Positions 36,909 to 51,330 are shown, counted from the stretch's first letter. The stretch is 64,000 bases of DNA from Chiloscyllium plagiosum (GCF_004010195.1 NC_057719.1:93077946-93141945); one strand, 5' to 3'. Numbers and translations: made by a program. Notes: generated by a model from the sequence alone, not told the origin.

Positions 36909-36949
36909 ACATATTCTATGTTGATTCAGTCCTTCTCAATCTCTGTTAT

Positions 36950-38320
36950 CTTCTCCTGCTCTCTGCCTGCATGACCCTATGTATTCATGAGCCCACTCTA
37001 TCTATGCATTCCACACTACTCTCCAAAGCCCTGTTTACATCTGTAACCTCTCCAGTACCTACAGTAGTTTCCATCTCTGTAGGCACTTATAATCATGCCG
37101 CATCTGTCAGGCAGACTCCAGACCCTGTAGACTCTGTCAGACTCTGCAGCTCACGCTCTCTAACCTCTTCCCCGTCCATCATGTCTCCCTATAAACTTTA
37201 AACTTCACTTTCCACTGCAACACTCCATACTTCTGTTCGGTTCTCTGCTTCCTCCAGCGGTTGTATACCAGCACTTTAACCACACTCCCTCTCTGCACAC
37301 TGCAATTCTCCCTCTGTATTCCCATCTGTGGTCTATAAACATTTCCCTCTCTGTAAACGGCTCCAGTCGTTCCAAACAACCCTTCCGCCATCCCTCCTTA
37401 CCTTTGGAACCCATTCCAATTCCTAAAATACTCTCTAAACGTGGAAACTCTTCAACCCTCCCTGTTAGTGTAATCCTCATAGCTCCCTGCAACAGTCCAG
37501 ATCCGAAGAATCCACTTGAATGTCTGTAACTCTACCGATCCACTTCCTACAAGGCTCATTGTCTATGTAACATGCTTCAGTCGCTGTCATCCACATTGTC
37601 AGTATAATCTTCTCCAGTCTTTCCATTCATGTTCACATCTCCATAATCTTCTTCAACTCTTACAACCCTATATGTGTAAACTTCATTCTCCCTGATAACT
37701 CTCACGACCTCAGGAATCTCCAGGTTATGCAATAATCACTACCTGTGTAAGTCTCTAGGCCACCTTTGCTGTTCCTGACTCTGTAAGCTCTGTCATACTC
37801 CACAGTCTTCCAATCTATAGAACCTACAGAGCTTAAGCTTTCCAATATTGGTCAATCTCTTCAGTTTCTGAAGCCCACCATATCTGTTACTTTTCCAGAT
37901 TGTAGAAATATTGTGATCTTTGTGAATTCTCCATTCCATAAAACAGTCCCATCTATGTAAAACACCCTCATCCGACAAATCGTTATCACTGGAAATATCT
38001 CCAAACGTCCCAGCCTGCCCATCTTCTTGAATTACTACAACCATCACATCTCTGCGTAACTCTGTCACCTCTTTCTTACTCTTTGTGATCCTCCCTATGT
38101 GCGAAAGTTCCTCAGTTAATACAAGCCTCCCATTATGGTTAGTCTGATCGAAGTCGTGCATCCAATCTCTATTCTCGATTATCCTTCCTGTCCCTGTAAG
38201 CTCCTTCACGGCCCATACCATCCAGCTTCCTGATCTTTCTTCCTACCATTGCAACACTCCATATTTATGTCAAATCCTACTTTACTTTTAACCATCCCTA
38301 TCTCTGTAAACTCCACATAT
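36950..38320. repeat. Highly decayed satellite B-like tract
   Basis: Scattered CTCTGTAA/CTCCAG/CCCTATCTCTGTAAAC units. Confidence 0.55.
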
Positions 38321-38671
38321 CTGGGGGGAACTTCAGAGAGTGGAAGGGATGCAAAGCCTTGGGCACGTGACAGACATATGAATCTTGAAGCAACAGGAGA
38401 ATAGTGTGCATGTGGGAAAAGACATTGATCCTGCAGGATACGAGAGACAGGAGGAAGTACATGCCGTTTTGGAAGTTACCAGAATAGAAAGGGTTGTGAA
38501 ACTAGAATGAAGCGACAGTTTGCATTGTGGAATTTAGTGATCAGCTCATGGGATTCCAAGCAAAATAGTTTGCATTTATAACTTCACTCGCCTGGGATGT
38601 TGCTGAAACGATCTTTAGAGATAATTACTAGAATAGCTGAGGAGAGCTTCAGATTACTAGGCTGGGAGATG

Positions 38672-38765
38672 TGATTCTGGATTAGTGGTGCTGAAAGAGC
38701 ACAGCAGTTCAGGCAGCATCCAAGAAGCTTCAAAATCGACGTTTCAGGCAAAAGCCCTTCATTGA
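38672..38765 (-). mobile_element. Isolated Neptune terminal fragment with decayed hammerhead
   Basis: Reverse complement of ~35255-35345 (GAAGGGCTTTTGCCTGAAACGTCGATTTT..CAGCACCACT). Confidence 0.75.
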
Positions 38766-39329
38766 GTTCAGCTATGTATTTATTATCCTTCTGCCTGAGT
38801 TCCTAACACTGAGCTAGTACTACTCTGACAGAAAGCACTCTGCATATCTGGCGACCTCCAGATCGATATGACTGTCCAGAGCTCACCTTATCAATGACTA
38901 CGTTTGGATTTTATTTTTGATGTTACTCTTAAGAGTTAAATTAATGAGAAACAAGAATTGTTTTCCAATTGGAAAGAATGAAAACGTGAGTGTTGACCTC
39001 ACCCATGCAGTGCGGTTCCATGCATTCTGTTAATTTCTGCAGTGTGCCATTAGAACGATTATATAAACAGAGAATCAAAGTGCAGACTTTCTTTGCTTGG
39101 TAGGGTTAGTCAGCAAGTGAATGTACTAGTGCAAATCTTAAAAAAAACTCTGCTGGGTGATAATAATTCTGGCCAGTCTTTAAAAGTGCAAATGCCATTG
39201 CTATGATGATTCGTTGACTGGTTATGATGTTAAAACACTGGAACCTGAGCATCAGAAGCTGGGAAACATCATGCTCTTTGTACGTAGGGCTTGTCAACTG
39301 ACAGGGTAAGAGCAGCTCACTGAGTAAAC

Positions 39330-40640
39330 GACAGCTGGAAAGATTGGAATGTCCTTATTCTGTGTGACCGAACTAAAGGACTCCAGATGCCTACATCCCA
39401 ACAATACGTGGTACACTGAATCCAGAGCACCACAGAACAAACGATTGTGCTGGAAGTCCATAAACCACAACAACATGTGGTTACAAGGGACTGCTTTGTG
39501 CAAAGCACTCCACCACAGAACCTCTTGATAAAGGGGGAGTACTCCCGCGTAAAGAACCCTCCGGTAGACATCCCCACCGCATGGTGGTAAATAAACATGC
39601 CAAAGCATGTCTGGGCAGTGGAACAGAGAGAAGAGGAGGAGGATGTGCAACAGCAGTCTGTGCATGGTCTGCCATTTGTCTTCTGTCAAAGACACAACAC
39701 ATATTCTGGAGGCGTTTGAGTTACGGGGCAGATTGTGGCTCCTTGGTGGTGCTACAAGATCTTGGTAGCAATGTGACATTCAGTTTCGGCATGGGTACGC
39801 CCAGAGAGGATCTCACCGTACACTTCAGCATCCTCCAACTGGTGCATAATGCTGGGTCCGAGCACCAAAGTTTTAATGTGTTGGATGGCATTGGCCATGA
39901 ACCAGAAATCTCCCACTGGCCTACGAGATCATTTCCAGACTCTTCTATTTTTTTCCTCTTTCACTTTTTTAGTATCACCCCGGCATTACCAGAAAGAAAG
40001 AAAACATCCGAGTGGCCAGTGACATGGCTGCGTGATAAAAAAATAAAGTCGGGGGAGGGCAGGGTATAAATCAGAATAGAGTTGGAGGGGGAAGTAAAAC
40101 ACTCCGCACTATGTGGTTCCCACGTCTCCATGATCAACACAAAGGTGTTGATGGACGCCATGTGTTTACCAGATACCTTTCCCAGGGATACCAGGGCTCT
40201 GACATAATCACGGAGGAGGAGCAGGCAAACAGTCCTAACGAACCCCTCCACAGCCTACTCCCTGGATCTATTTATGGCCAGGTTAGCCGGGCTCAGGAGC
40301 AGAACCACGAGGCGGTCATGTGAAATATCCTCCCCAATTTGTGAATGATGCCCAAAGATCAGGATCGTGAGGCTGAGGTGCAACCAAAAAGAGGGGAGAA
40401 GGGTTTTCAGAAAATCAAAAAGGGAGTGCGAACACCCACAACCAACATATACATGGTACACTGACTCCACAGCACGACAAGACAAACATTTTTGTTGGAA
40501 GTCTATGAGACTACACAATGTGCGGTTACAAGGGACTGCTTCATGCAACAAGCTGCACCAGAGAACCCCTTGGTAAATGGGGCGAACACATGCGTAGAGA
40601 GCCCTCCAGTATACATACCCACCACCTGGTGGTAAATAGG
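39330..40640 (-). mobile_element. Tx1/L1-clade ORF2 C-terminal (zinc-finger) fragments, two related copies (~39330-39630, ~40200-40640)
   Basis: WRALY..LW..LH.AVPCN..L..DFQ..C..C..ESVYHV...C and LIFGH..LLL..A.LAI motifs. Confidence 0.7.
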
Positions 40641-43410
40641 GCAGGAGCAGGCTGAGACAATGTGTCCTGCCGGTGCAGTCGTGTTTGTGGATTTTGGATA
40701 GGAGGTCGAAACGGGCGGTGCAGGGTTGTGGGACTATGAAGTTGGAGGCAGTGGATGGGCGATCTCCTGAGGTGATGAGGTTATGGATGGTCTGGGAGAT
40801 GATGGTTTGGTGGCGTGAAATGGGGTCATGGTCAAGGGGGCAGTAGGAGGAGGTGTCCGCGAGTTGGCATCTAGCTTCAGTGGTGTAAAGATCAGTGTGC
40901 CAAACTACCACTGCGCCTCCCTTGTCTGCCGTTTTGATGGTGAGGTTGGGGTTGGAGCGGAGGGAGTGGAGGGCTGCATGTTGTGTGGGTGAGAGGTTGG
41001 AGTGGGTGAGAGCGGTGGACAGGTTGGTGCAGTCAATGCCACGGCAGCAGTTGGATAAGAAGAGATCGAGGACGGGTACAAGGCCAGCACGGGGTGTCCA
41101 GGTGGATGGAGTGTGCTGGAGGCGGAAGAAGGGGTCGTCAGAGGATGGGCGAGAGTCCTTGTTGAAGAAGTAGGCACGGAGGCGAAGCCGGCGGAAGAAA
41201 TGCAACTTCCGACCCCCAGTGACGTCACTCACCTGCTCAAGGACCACGGCGCCCCCACATCAATCTCCACCTCCACGTCGATCTTCGCCCACACTACTCA
41301 CTCCGCTCCCACGACTAACTCCGCCCCCACGACTAACTCCGCCCCCACTCCCAGCTCCAGCCCCACACCAGGTCCTAGCTCCCAGTCCTGTCACATTTTC
41401 ACTATACCTCCAGACCTCCCCCTCTCTGAGGATGAACGATCAGTCCTCAACAGAGGCCTCACCTTCATCCCCCTACGCTCCCAGATCAATGAGTTCAACA
41501 AACGACTAGATAGTGAGCATTTCTTCCGCTGTAGTTTGGTTCACCGATCTTTACACCAACTCGCGGACACCTCCTCCTTCTACCCCCTTGACCATGACCC
41601 CACCTCACACCACCAAACCATCATCTCCCAGACCATCCATAACCTCATCATCTCAGGAGATCTCTCATCCACTGCCCTCAACCTCATATTCCCCAACCCC
41701 GCACTGCCCGTTTCTACCTCCTATCCATAATCTACAAACCCGACTGCCCCAGGCCGACACATTGTCTCAGCCTGCTCCTGCCCACCGAACGCATCTCTGC
41801 ATAGCTCGATAGTGTCCTGTCCCCCTTCGTCCAAGAACTCCCCACCTACGTTTGGGACACCACCCACGCCCTACACCTCCTCCATGATTTTCGCTTCCCC
41901 GGCCCCCAACGGCTTATCTTCACGATAGACATCCAGTCCCTAAACACTTCCATCCCCCATCACGGAGGCCTCCAAGCCATCCGCTTCTTCCTCTCCCACC
42001 GACCCAACAAGGACCCTTCCACTGACACACTCCTTCGACTGACTGAACTGGTCCTCACTCTTAACAACTTCTCCTTCCAAGACTCCCACTTTCTCCAAAC
42101 CATAGGACAAGCCATGGGCACTTGCATGGGCCCCAGCTATGCCTGCACCTTCGTCGGATATGTGGAAAAGTCCATCACAGACATTTACTACAATCCAACT
42201 GACACCCACAGCTACCTAGATTACACTTCCTCCCACCCTGCCCCCTGTAAAAGTACCATTCCATATTCCTAATTCCTCGCCCTCCGCTGCATCTGCTCCC
42301 AGGAGGATCAATTCCAATACCAAACAGTCGAAATGGCCTCCTTCAAAGACCGCAATTTACCCTCCGACGTGGTCGACTGATGCTCTACACCGCATCTCCT
42401 CCACTTCACGCACCTCCACCCTTGAACCCCGCCGATCCAATCATCTGCAGGACAGAACCCCACTGGTCCTCACCTTCCACCCCACCAACCTCCGGATACA
42501 TCGTATCAACCTCCATCATTTCCGCCATCTCCAGACAGACCCCACCACCAGGGATATATTTCCCTCTCCACTCCTATCAGCATTCAGGAGAGACCACTCC
42601 CTCCACGACTCCATCGTCTTGTCCACCCTCCCCCCCACCAACCTAACCTCCATTCCCGGCACCATCTCCTGCAGCCGCAAGAAGTGCAAAACGTGCGCCC
42701 ACACCTCTCCCCTCACCTACCTCCGAGGCCCCAATGGATCCTTCTAGATCCGCTGCAAATTCACCCGCACCTCCACACACATCATTTAATGTATCCGTTG
42801 CACCCGATGTGGTCTCCTCTACTTTGGGGAGACAGGCCGCCTACTTGCTGAACGTTACAGGGAACACCTCTGGGATACCCGCACCAACCAACCCAACCGC
42901 CCTGTGGCTGAACACTTCAGTACGCACCCCCCCCCACCCCATTCCGCCAATGACATGCAGGTCTTTGGCCTCTCCATCGCCAGAACCTGTCCACACGACG
43001 CCTGGAGGAAGAGCACCTCATCTTCTGCCTCGGAACTCTCCAACCACACGGCATGAATGTAGATTTTTCCAGCTTCCTCATTTCCCCTCCCCCTTATCTT
43101 AATCCCAACCCTTGGATTCAGCACAGCCCTCTTGACCTGCAATCTTCTTCCCGACCTCTCCACCCCCAGCCCCTTTCCAGACTATCATTCTCACCCTCAC
43201 CTCCTTCGACCGATCGTATTCCCAGCGCCCCTCCCCCAAATTCCCTCCCCCTACCTTTTATCCCATCCCGCTGTGCACACCAGCCTCCTGAAGAAGGGCT
43301 TATGCGGGAAATGTCGATTCTCCTGCTCCTCGAATGCTGCCTGGCCTGCTGTGTTTTTCCAGCACCTCATTTTTCATCTCTGGTACTCCAGCACCTGCAG
43401 TCCTCACGTT
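40640..43410. mobile_element. Neptune-type Penelope-like element with inverted 5' arm
   Basis: Minus arm ~40640-41203 (FFRRLRLRAYF, IKTADKGGAVVVW); plus arm with RT remnants (AMGTCMGPSYA), GIY-YIG remnant and decayed hammerhead at ~43288-43320. Confidence 0.88.
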
Positions 43411-43419
43411 CTCCAAATT

Positions 43420-46400
43420 ATTTCAAATGGACTTAAGTTGGTCGATTCTTTCGGTGTATCTATGATTGCAAAAGTACAAATGGAATTCCATTATCGAAAT
43501 CACCTGGGTAATCCTGACCATAAGCCCTTAACATGGTATTTTGCATTTGATGCCATCTCTCTAGCGCTCCCTACGATTCTGGATGTTACCCACTAGAGTT
43601 AAATTGCTTTATTCCTAATTTATCCTTAACGTCCTTGAATAGTTTGGATGTGAATAGTTTGATCCTTGATGTGACTGGATCTCTACTGGCAGTCCGTATC
43701 TAATCAAAAAATTAAGTAGTTCTTCTACAACCGTTTTAGCTGTGATATTGTGTATGGAAATCTAGTTGACACATTCATTATTGTTAATTAATAATTATCC
43801 CGACTTTTTGTTTGTGGTAGGGGACTGTCGTAATCAGTCTTGACACTTGTAAAATGTTCCTAAAATGCTGGAATATGTATTAGAGGTACAGGCATTATTA
43901 CTGTCTGTGGTTTTCTGATTAGCTGACAAGAGTGACACATCTGTCAAAATTTAACGATGTCGTGTTGTAGTTTAGGCCAGTAAAAATGTCTTTGTATTTT
44001 AGCCTGTGTTTTCCTCAATCCGAAATCACCTCCAAGTGGTCACTCATGTTTGAAGGTGTGATGGTCTTCATATCCACATTAAGACTTCATTTGTTAAGTA
44101 ATGACACCCAGGAATGCATTCACTTTGTTTCTCCGTAAATGCCTTTTGACATAACTGTTTATACTCATGTTTCTGCTGTAATTCAATCAGCTGAGTAGGA
44201 AAGATGCTTCCATGTTTACCTGTTAGCCCCTCCTCTGTTCTACTTCTCTGGTCGAAAAACCATTATATATTATTATTATCTGTTATATTATTATCAGATA
44301 ATAATATAACAGCCTACTTAACGCACCTTTTGATCTCTCTTGCGTCAGCTGGTGCCTCTGTGATCTTGTGACCATACTTTCAGGGACAATTCCTGGATAA
44401 ACATTCTCCAGGTTTTCAGTTGTCTGCATCTCCACTGGTTTTTCAACTAGAATAGGCAGCACACCCATGGCAAATCAGCTGTATCATTTGCAAGGAAAAA
44501 ATGTATTCCTAATACTGAGTGTTTGTCCAGTACTCCTACAACAAGTTCTCCACTCTTCTCTGGACTCTCTCGCCTCACTTTACATGACTGAACACATTTT
44601 TGTCTCACAATGAATTCCAGTTACCAGTACCGTTTCTGACAATAACCCCTCAGGAATACAAATCTCCTCATCGTTCAATGTTACAGCCTGAGACGATCCT
44701 ATGTCCCTTAACATTGTAACCACCTTTCCTACTACATCTGGTCGATGTAATTGAACTTTACTCATGTATATGTATATTTTTAAGCAGATCTGGCACTTCC
44801 TCCTTTATCAACCTCGGATTATCTTGTACACTCTGAGGCAATTGTCGACCTTCCCTTGTGATTTTTCTTACTAATCCGACAAGACTTCTAGGCTTGTATG
44901 GTTTCCCTACATCCGGCTGTCCCCTCGCCCACCAACATTGTGATTTTGTGTCGCCCACATTATCACAATTAAAAGACTGGAGCCTTTTAACTTATTTTTC
45001 CCCCCAAAGTTTTCTTTTTTACCATGTGGTAAGTTATCTTACGATCTTCACTGATATCTACCTTTCCCTTTCCACATAAGCAATTCTCTTTGCTCCAGTT
45101 TCTATCGTCATGGAGTGAAATTGACTCTGGAAACCCAACCGTATTTTATGAACTAGCTCATAATCATCAGCCACTTGAGCTGCTAACCTGGCTCTGTTTA
45201 AATTTCTACTCTTCCACATGAGTTTACATTACTTCAGGCAGTGAAATTTTGAAATCCAATAAAATAATTGTCTCTCTGAGTGCATCATAGGATTGTTCTA
45301 TTTTTTAAAACTCTTATTCATCCATCCATCGAAATTAATCTCTTTGACCCTTTCAAACTCAATATAGGTTTGACAAGGGTCCTCGTTAGATTCCTGAAAC
45401 ATTGCCTATCGGCTTCTGGTAAAAGCTCATATTCACTTAAAAAGATCTTTTCCATCTCATACTCCCCAGATGCCTCCTCTGATAGTGATGCGAATAGCTT
45501 ACGAGCCCTACCGACAAGTTTCATTTGGATTAGTAAAATTCACATTGCCGCTATTTGTTCAGCCACCTTTTTAACTGAGATGAAACAACGGCTTCCACAT
45601 CCTACTCATCAAATTGAGGCAACGCTTGAACATACTTAAACAGTTTCTCACTAAGCTTCTGAATACCAGGGGCTTGCTCATCCCACTTTCTTGCCCTCTA
45701 AGCTCTCTAAGATACAAGTCAGCTTGTGTCTCCAGCCTTTGACACTGACTTTCCGTTTTAAATCTCAGTTTTTGAAGTTCAAAAGATCTCGTCTTTTCTT
45801 TCTCTACTCTGTTTTTCCCTCTCTTCTGTTGTTCTCTCTTTTCCCTCTGTTCTGCTTTGAATTGTAACTCAAACTGTTTCATTTCAGCCGTTCTTCCCTT
45901 ATCTCTCGCCGCTGACTCAAGCTGATTCATTTGCAATTCCATTCTAACCAAATCCATAGATTCTGATGGTTTCACCAGCAAGTTTAAATGCTGAGCTACT
46001 GCTGTAATGATCTCTCCTTTCCTCAGAGAGGCAGGCAGTTCCAATTCCAGCTTCTTTGTTAACTCTATAACTTGGTCTTATTCACTTTTTGTTAAACTTA
46101 CAAAGTCTCCCCATCCACATCCAGAAATCTTTTGGTGACTGAAAAAGCCATTACTATCCCAAGCATAGTCTACCTAAAAAAACCAACACCCGAAATAAAG
46201 ACCTTAACACCTGCCACTTGATGTTTAAAATCATGCAAGGAGTCCCCGGACTATGCCAAACCATTGAAAACATTCTTAAGCAGGCAGCTCAGACCAAAAC
46301 CTTGCAATTTGTTTCAGTAAGTGTACAGTAAAAATTACCCAGATTAATTTAACTAGATTGACGACTAGATTTTAAAACAGAAGAAAATGCATTCACACAG

Positions 46401-47145
46401 TTGCTCAACGAATCACAAAGAACAGAATAAAGAACGCCATACAAAACCCAGTCTATCCAAAATAGATTTTGAGATGCTAGTCTAAATATGTACAACAGTC
46501 CCAATAAACAAACTCCTTATATTTAAATAAAAATGTATAAATGAAACACATGCGTACAGGTAGACGTTGAAGGCCAGAAAAAGAAAGAGCATGTTTCTAC
46601 ACAGCTCTCTTTTGTACTCCTTAATAGTTCAAGACTATATTAATTGGCTCAGCTCATGTAGAGAGCTGACCACACCCTTTATATTATACAGTTCACTTCT
46701 AAATCATGACCCTTTTGGCGTGAAGTCTCAACCGTTCCGATATAAACAAAGGCCTCTCAAGATACATAGAACATAGAAGAATACAGCGCAGTACAGGCCC
46801 TTTGGCCCTCGATGTTGCGCCGATCCAAATCCACCTAACCTTCACTAGCCCATTATCCTCTATATGCCTATTCAATGCCCGCTTAAATGCCCATAAAGAG
46901 GGAGAGTCCACCACTGCTACTGGCAGGGCATTCCATGAACTCACGACTCGCTGAGTAAAGAACCTACCCCTAACATATGTCCTATACCTACCACCCCTTA
47001 ATTTAAAGCTAAAAACCGTTTCATCTCTGCACCTAACCAGATTCATTGGAGTCTGGCCCGGTTTATTACCCCTGAAATAAAAAGCAAGGACAGAGTATGC
47101 TTGAGCCAAGAAACGGCTTTTACATATAAATAATTAGCTTTGTGA
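43420..47145 (-). mobile_element. Gmr1-like Ty3/Gypsy LTR retrotransposon, 3'-truncated and degraded
   Basis: LTR ~46250-47145; gag (KLVGRARKLFASLS..YELLPEADRQCFRN), knuckle remnant, protease LRDIGSSQ (~44700), then integrase HHCC remnant (~44050-43900) with no RT between. Confidence 0.75.
46765..47010 (-). mobile_element. CR1 3' end inserted in the Gypsy LTR
   Basis: FKLRGGRYRTYVRGRFFTQRVVSSWNALP plus TTCTATG tail. Confidence 0.88.
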
Positions 47146-50134
47146 TATCTTTTATTGGTTTGCTTGGAGAGACATGTATTTTTAATAACTGCAATTTTTA
47201 TTTAATCAATCTTTAAACATGTATCAGAATTGGGAATTAAGTAAGTAGATAATGAAATTGGCATTACAGTGACCAACAGATGCAGTCAATGACATTTGTT
47301 ACAAATAATGAATTTTCAAAATTTTATAATTAATGGATGTTGATACATACTATTGGAATAAAAATGTAAAATCATTCAACATTTTCACGGCAGTTTCTTT
47401 CCTTGTAACGAATTGAAAATTTGGAAAAGAATAATTTTGCAGTGCACGAGATCCAAAAACACAAACAATCATTTGACATGATATATGAGTCAAAGGCTTC
47501 TTCCCTATTTTTTTAAAAAAGGTTTATTTTTAAAGTACTTACAAGAATTCAAAATTTATGGTATTGGTTGACCTGAACAATAACTGCACGTGACATAATT
47601 AATCGCCAAAACAAAATCATGGGGAACTTCGGGAATGTTTAACACGAGAGGGATACAGCTTTTAGTGTGACCATTCAAAACAAAATAAATGCTGTATAGA
47701 ATTAAAATACAATCAAACCAAATCAAGCAGATTCCACAGTTAAATTGAAAATCATAATGGATTCAATTATTGAACAAAAATCAGCTAGGAATGCACTGTT
47801 GCGGTAAAATCAACATTTGCAATGATTGTAAATCGGTACAGTGTGATTTGGTTACATCAGTTGATGCACTGAAACATCATTTCACACTCAAATCTGGATG
47901 TACTGGGTTTGAACATTTATTAAATATTTGGAAATAAGCAACAATTACTATGACAATATACCGCTAATGACAATTTTAAATGGGTAAGAAATCTTATTTT
48001 GCTGTGCATCTGTGTAACCTGTAGAAATGAACACCAATTACTGACGTGAATAGCAATCTGATGCATCTTAAATGATAAAGTCAATATTAATTCCATGCTT
48101 ACTTTGCGCAGTCATATCAGAAGAGATAATATATTTACTATGAGTGCTGGATGGGAAATCATTGGTTGTTTTGCAGATGTGTTAACATGAAAGAATGATC
48201 AATCTTTCGTTGTAATATTGACTCTAAATATATTGCATTCCACTAAAATGTTAACCTCACAATGACTGTTACAAAGATTAAATTGAATTACCATCTGATT
48301 GTTGGAATGGCAATGAATTGATAGTTAATGTCAGAATTCTGGCAAGTTAAATAATGCAATTTTTTCAAATAAGTTTGCATTAACGTTGAGTAGACATTCA
48401 TTAATTGAAGATTGATATGCTGGGTTGATGGTCTGAAAAAAAAGACGTTGAGTGATTATTAATCAACATTGTTTTGTCGTTCACACTTGTCAATTATTTA
48501 CGGATTCCTTTCTCTGTTTTTCTTCGCGAGCGAAAAAAAAAGTACATTGCATGGAAATTTTCATAACATAAATATTTAGCCATTCAAGACAGAATTAGGA
48601 AGAAAATAAATAGATGAGGAATATCGGTTTCACAGGAAGATACCTCACTGGAATTTAGACAGAATTTTATTCAATATTTGGTTTGAATACAGAAATAAGT
48701 AAGTTTAATGGTGATGCTTTCAAAAATGTTGCCAGTTGTGATGTACTCAGCCACAATTACAATTTTATAGTTGATGATTGGACTGGCAACCTATTGGAAA
48801 TTTTGCAATTATTCACGAACAACATCATAAAGATATGTTAATATTAATAAACTCAGGCATTATTAATAAAGAGTGATTATCCTCATGAGCAACATGTAGT
48901 GTGAACATTATAAGATATCTGTTGTAGACCTCTTCGATGGGGTGAGAATTAAATGTTTGCTGTGGTTATACAACCCAACAACAACAAGTTACTTACGAAG
49001 ATCATTCCACTGAACAGTAATTACAAGGTCTTGAAGACCATCATGTGGTTTAATGTAGTGTTTGAGTGGTTTTTCATTTCAATAATGTTAAACTGTTTGA
49101 AATGGTTCAGCAAATAATTAATAATCAAGCGATAAAAAAGTCCTAATGTGACCATGAGCTGGATTAAAAAAAAACCCAGCAGGTTGTCTCCCACACCCTT
49201 CGCTATTGACATGGTGGAGAGATGTAAAGTGCTGAGACAAGGTGCAAGAAGGTCTGGTCGAAACTCTTTCCAAACACTGCTCTTTGGGCTGGTTGTATCT
49301 GTATCCTTCTGAATCTTTGTGACATCATTGGCCTGCATTTCCACTGTTCTCTTCAGCCAACAGATACTATCTGATGTTTTAATTGTATTAGCCAATGTAC
49401 TGCTCTCACCAGTTGCGCCAGATTTGGCAGAATGTCCAATATAAATGGTTAATAGACCTCAGCGGTCATTTAAATTATAATTCACTTTTGACATAACAAA
49501 TAAGTGATAATTAATGTTAGTCGTTTAATAAATAAAACGATTAAATATTTTTCAAGCAGTTCACTCTGGCAGTAATTAGATACACATTTAGATAGATAAG
49601 CTGAGAATTAGAATGTAATGGTAGGATTGTTGAACTGAAAAATGTTTTTACAGGAAGGAATTGTTTCTCATTTCAATATGGAGGCTGTTCAACAATTCTA
49701 TAAGTCATTCCAATTTATTTATTTTAGGGAACACTCATTGATAATACATGCCATTTTTAATATAATTAATATTTTGACATTTGTATCAGAATTAGGAAGA
49801 AAGTGGAGAGCTATTAACTTAAATATTTTACTGAAGTAAATGCACATGAAATTAAAATTATTGTGGCAACTTTCAGTATTTGCTTTCAATCGGCAGATAA
49901 ATATTTTTAATGGGCATGACCTCAAAATATTTGCATCACTGCTTGTACGCAGGCAAAATTGCAGACTATTTGTTAAATTTTAACTGGAAAGCGGTTTCAA
50001 AGCTTGCTAAAAATTTGAACAGTCAACGGTTCGAGCATTTTGCTTTTAAATCCTTGAAATTCGTAATAAAGTGTAACTATTGTTTTAAGGAACAGGAATG
50101 TAATGTAATTACTGATCATTTATACCCCTTATAG

Positions 50135-50800
50135 TGAAGACAATTTGTGCCAGAAGTCGGAGGAGGTTGGAGAGATCCTTTGCTTCAGTAATCACGAGCG
50201 ACTGGGACCTTGTCGCTTGTGAGAACAGCGGGAAACAGGCTGATGTGCTCTAACAGTTTGGTGTAAAGACAGAGGATGTGTTGAAAGCCTTGAAGAACAC
50301 GGGGATAGGTAAGTCACCTCGGCCATACGGATATAAAGAAGATTGTCATGGCAAGCGAGATAAGGGATTGCTGCGCCTTTGGCGATAATATTTGCATCAT
50401 TACGGTTCACTGGAATAGTTCCACGTGATTGGAGCGTTATTCCCTCGTTGAGAAAAAAAGTATGCGATACATCCTGGGAATTATAGACTGGTAAGTCTTA
50501 CATTAGTTGTGTGCAAATTATTGGAGACGATTCTGGGAGTCAGGGTTTATGATTATTTGGAAAAGCATAGCTTGATTACGGATAGTCAGCATAGCTTTAA
50601 GAGGGGTAATTTATACATCACAAATCTTACTGAATTCTTTGTGAATGTTACAAAACACATTCATGAAGGTGGAGCAGTGGTTGTGGTAAAGATGGATTTT
50701 AACAAGGTGTTTGATAAGGTTACCCATGTTAGGCTCACTCAGAAAGTAAGCAGGCATGGGTTATAGGTGAAACCTATTTGTCTGGAGATAGAACTGTGAC
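50135..50800 (+). mobile_element. CR1 RT fragment
   Basis: PGNYRLVSLT, DSQHSF, TNLTEFF, MDFNKVFDKVTH. Confidence 0.8.
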
Positions 50801-51084
50801 CGTTGTCTCGATATTTGTCAACCAGTAGTCTGACACAGTCATACTTATAGAATCATACCTTATGATGTCGCAGAAATCAACATCACCACCCCTGTTTACG
50901 TTTTGTCTCACTGGCAAACAGACCCAGCAGAGGTGGCAGCACAGTTCGATACAACCAGGAGGGAGTCCTCAACGTTGACTCTAGATCGAATGAAGTCTCA
51001 TGACACTCAAGTGAAACATGGGCAAAGAAACCTCTTGCTGATTAGCACGTAACATCCTCTCTTAGTTGATGAATCGGTACTCCT

Positions 51085-51330
51085 CAAACATGAAGGTGAT
51101 GGTCTAGTGGTACCATTGCTTCTCTATTAATCCAGAAACTCAGAACGAAGCTCTGGCGGCCTGGTTTCGAATCCAGCCATAGGTGAAATTTGAATTCAAT
51201 ATAAAAAATCATGACACACTCGCTAATGCCCGTACGGGAAGGAAATCCGCCATCCTTACCTGGTCTGACCTCCATGTGACTCCAGGGCTACAGAAATGTC
51301 ACTGACTCTCTGAAATGGCCGAGCAATCCA
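51085..51330 (+). mobile_element. tRNA-derived SINE, probably SacSINE1/DeuSINE-like
   Basis: tRNA-like A/B boxes (TGGTCTAGTGG, GGTTTCGAATCC) and GGAAGGAAATCCGCCATCCTTACCTGGTCTG core; related copies at ~21830, ~27300, ~28880(-), ~57980(-). Confidence 0.6.

Noticed and set aside
39200..39251. Possible box C/D snoRNA (ATGATGA...CTGA)
   Set aside because: Only ~50 nt, minimal terminal stem, no recognisable guide or host gene.
49021..49395. 124-aa ORF as a host exon
   Set aside because: No recognisable domain and no convincing splice sites.
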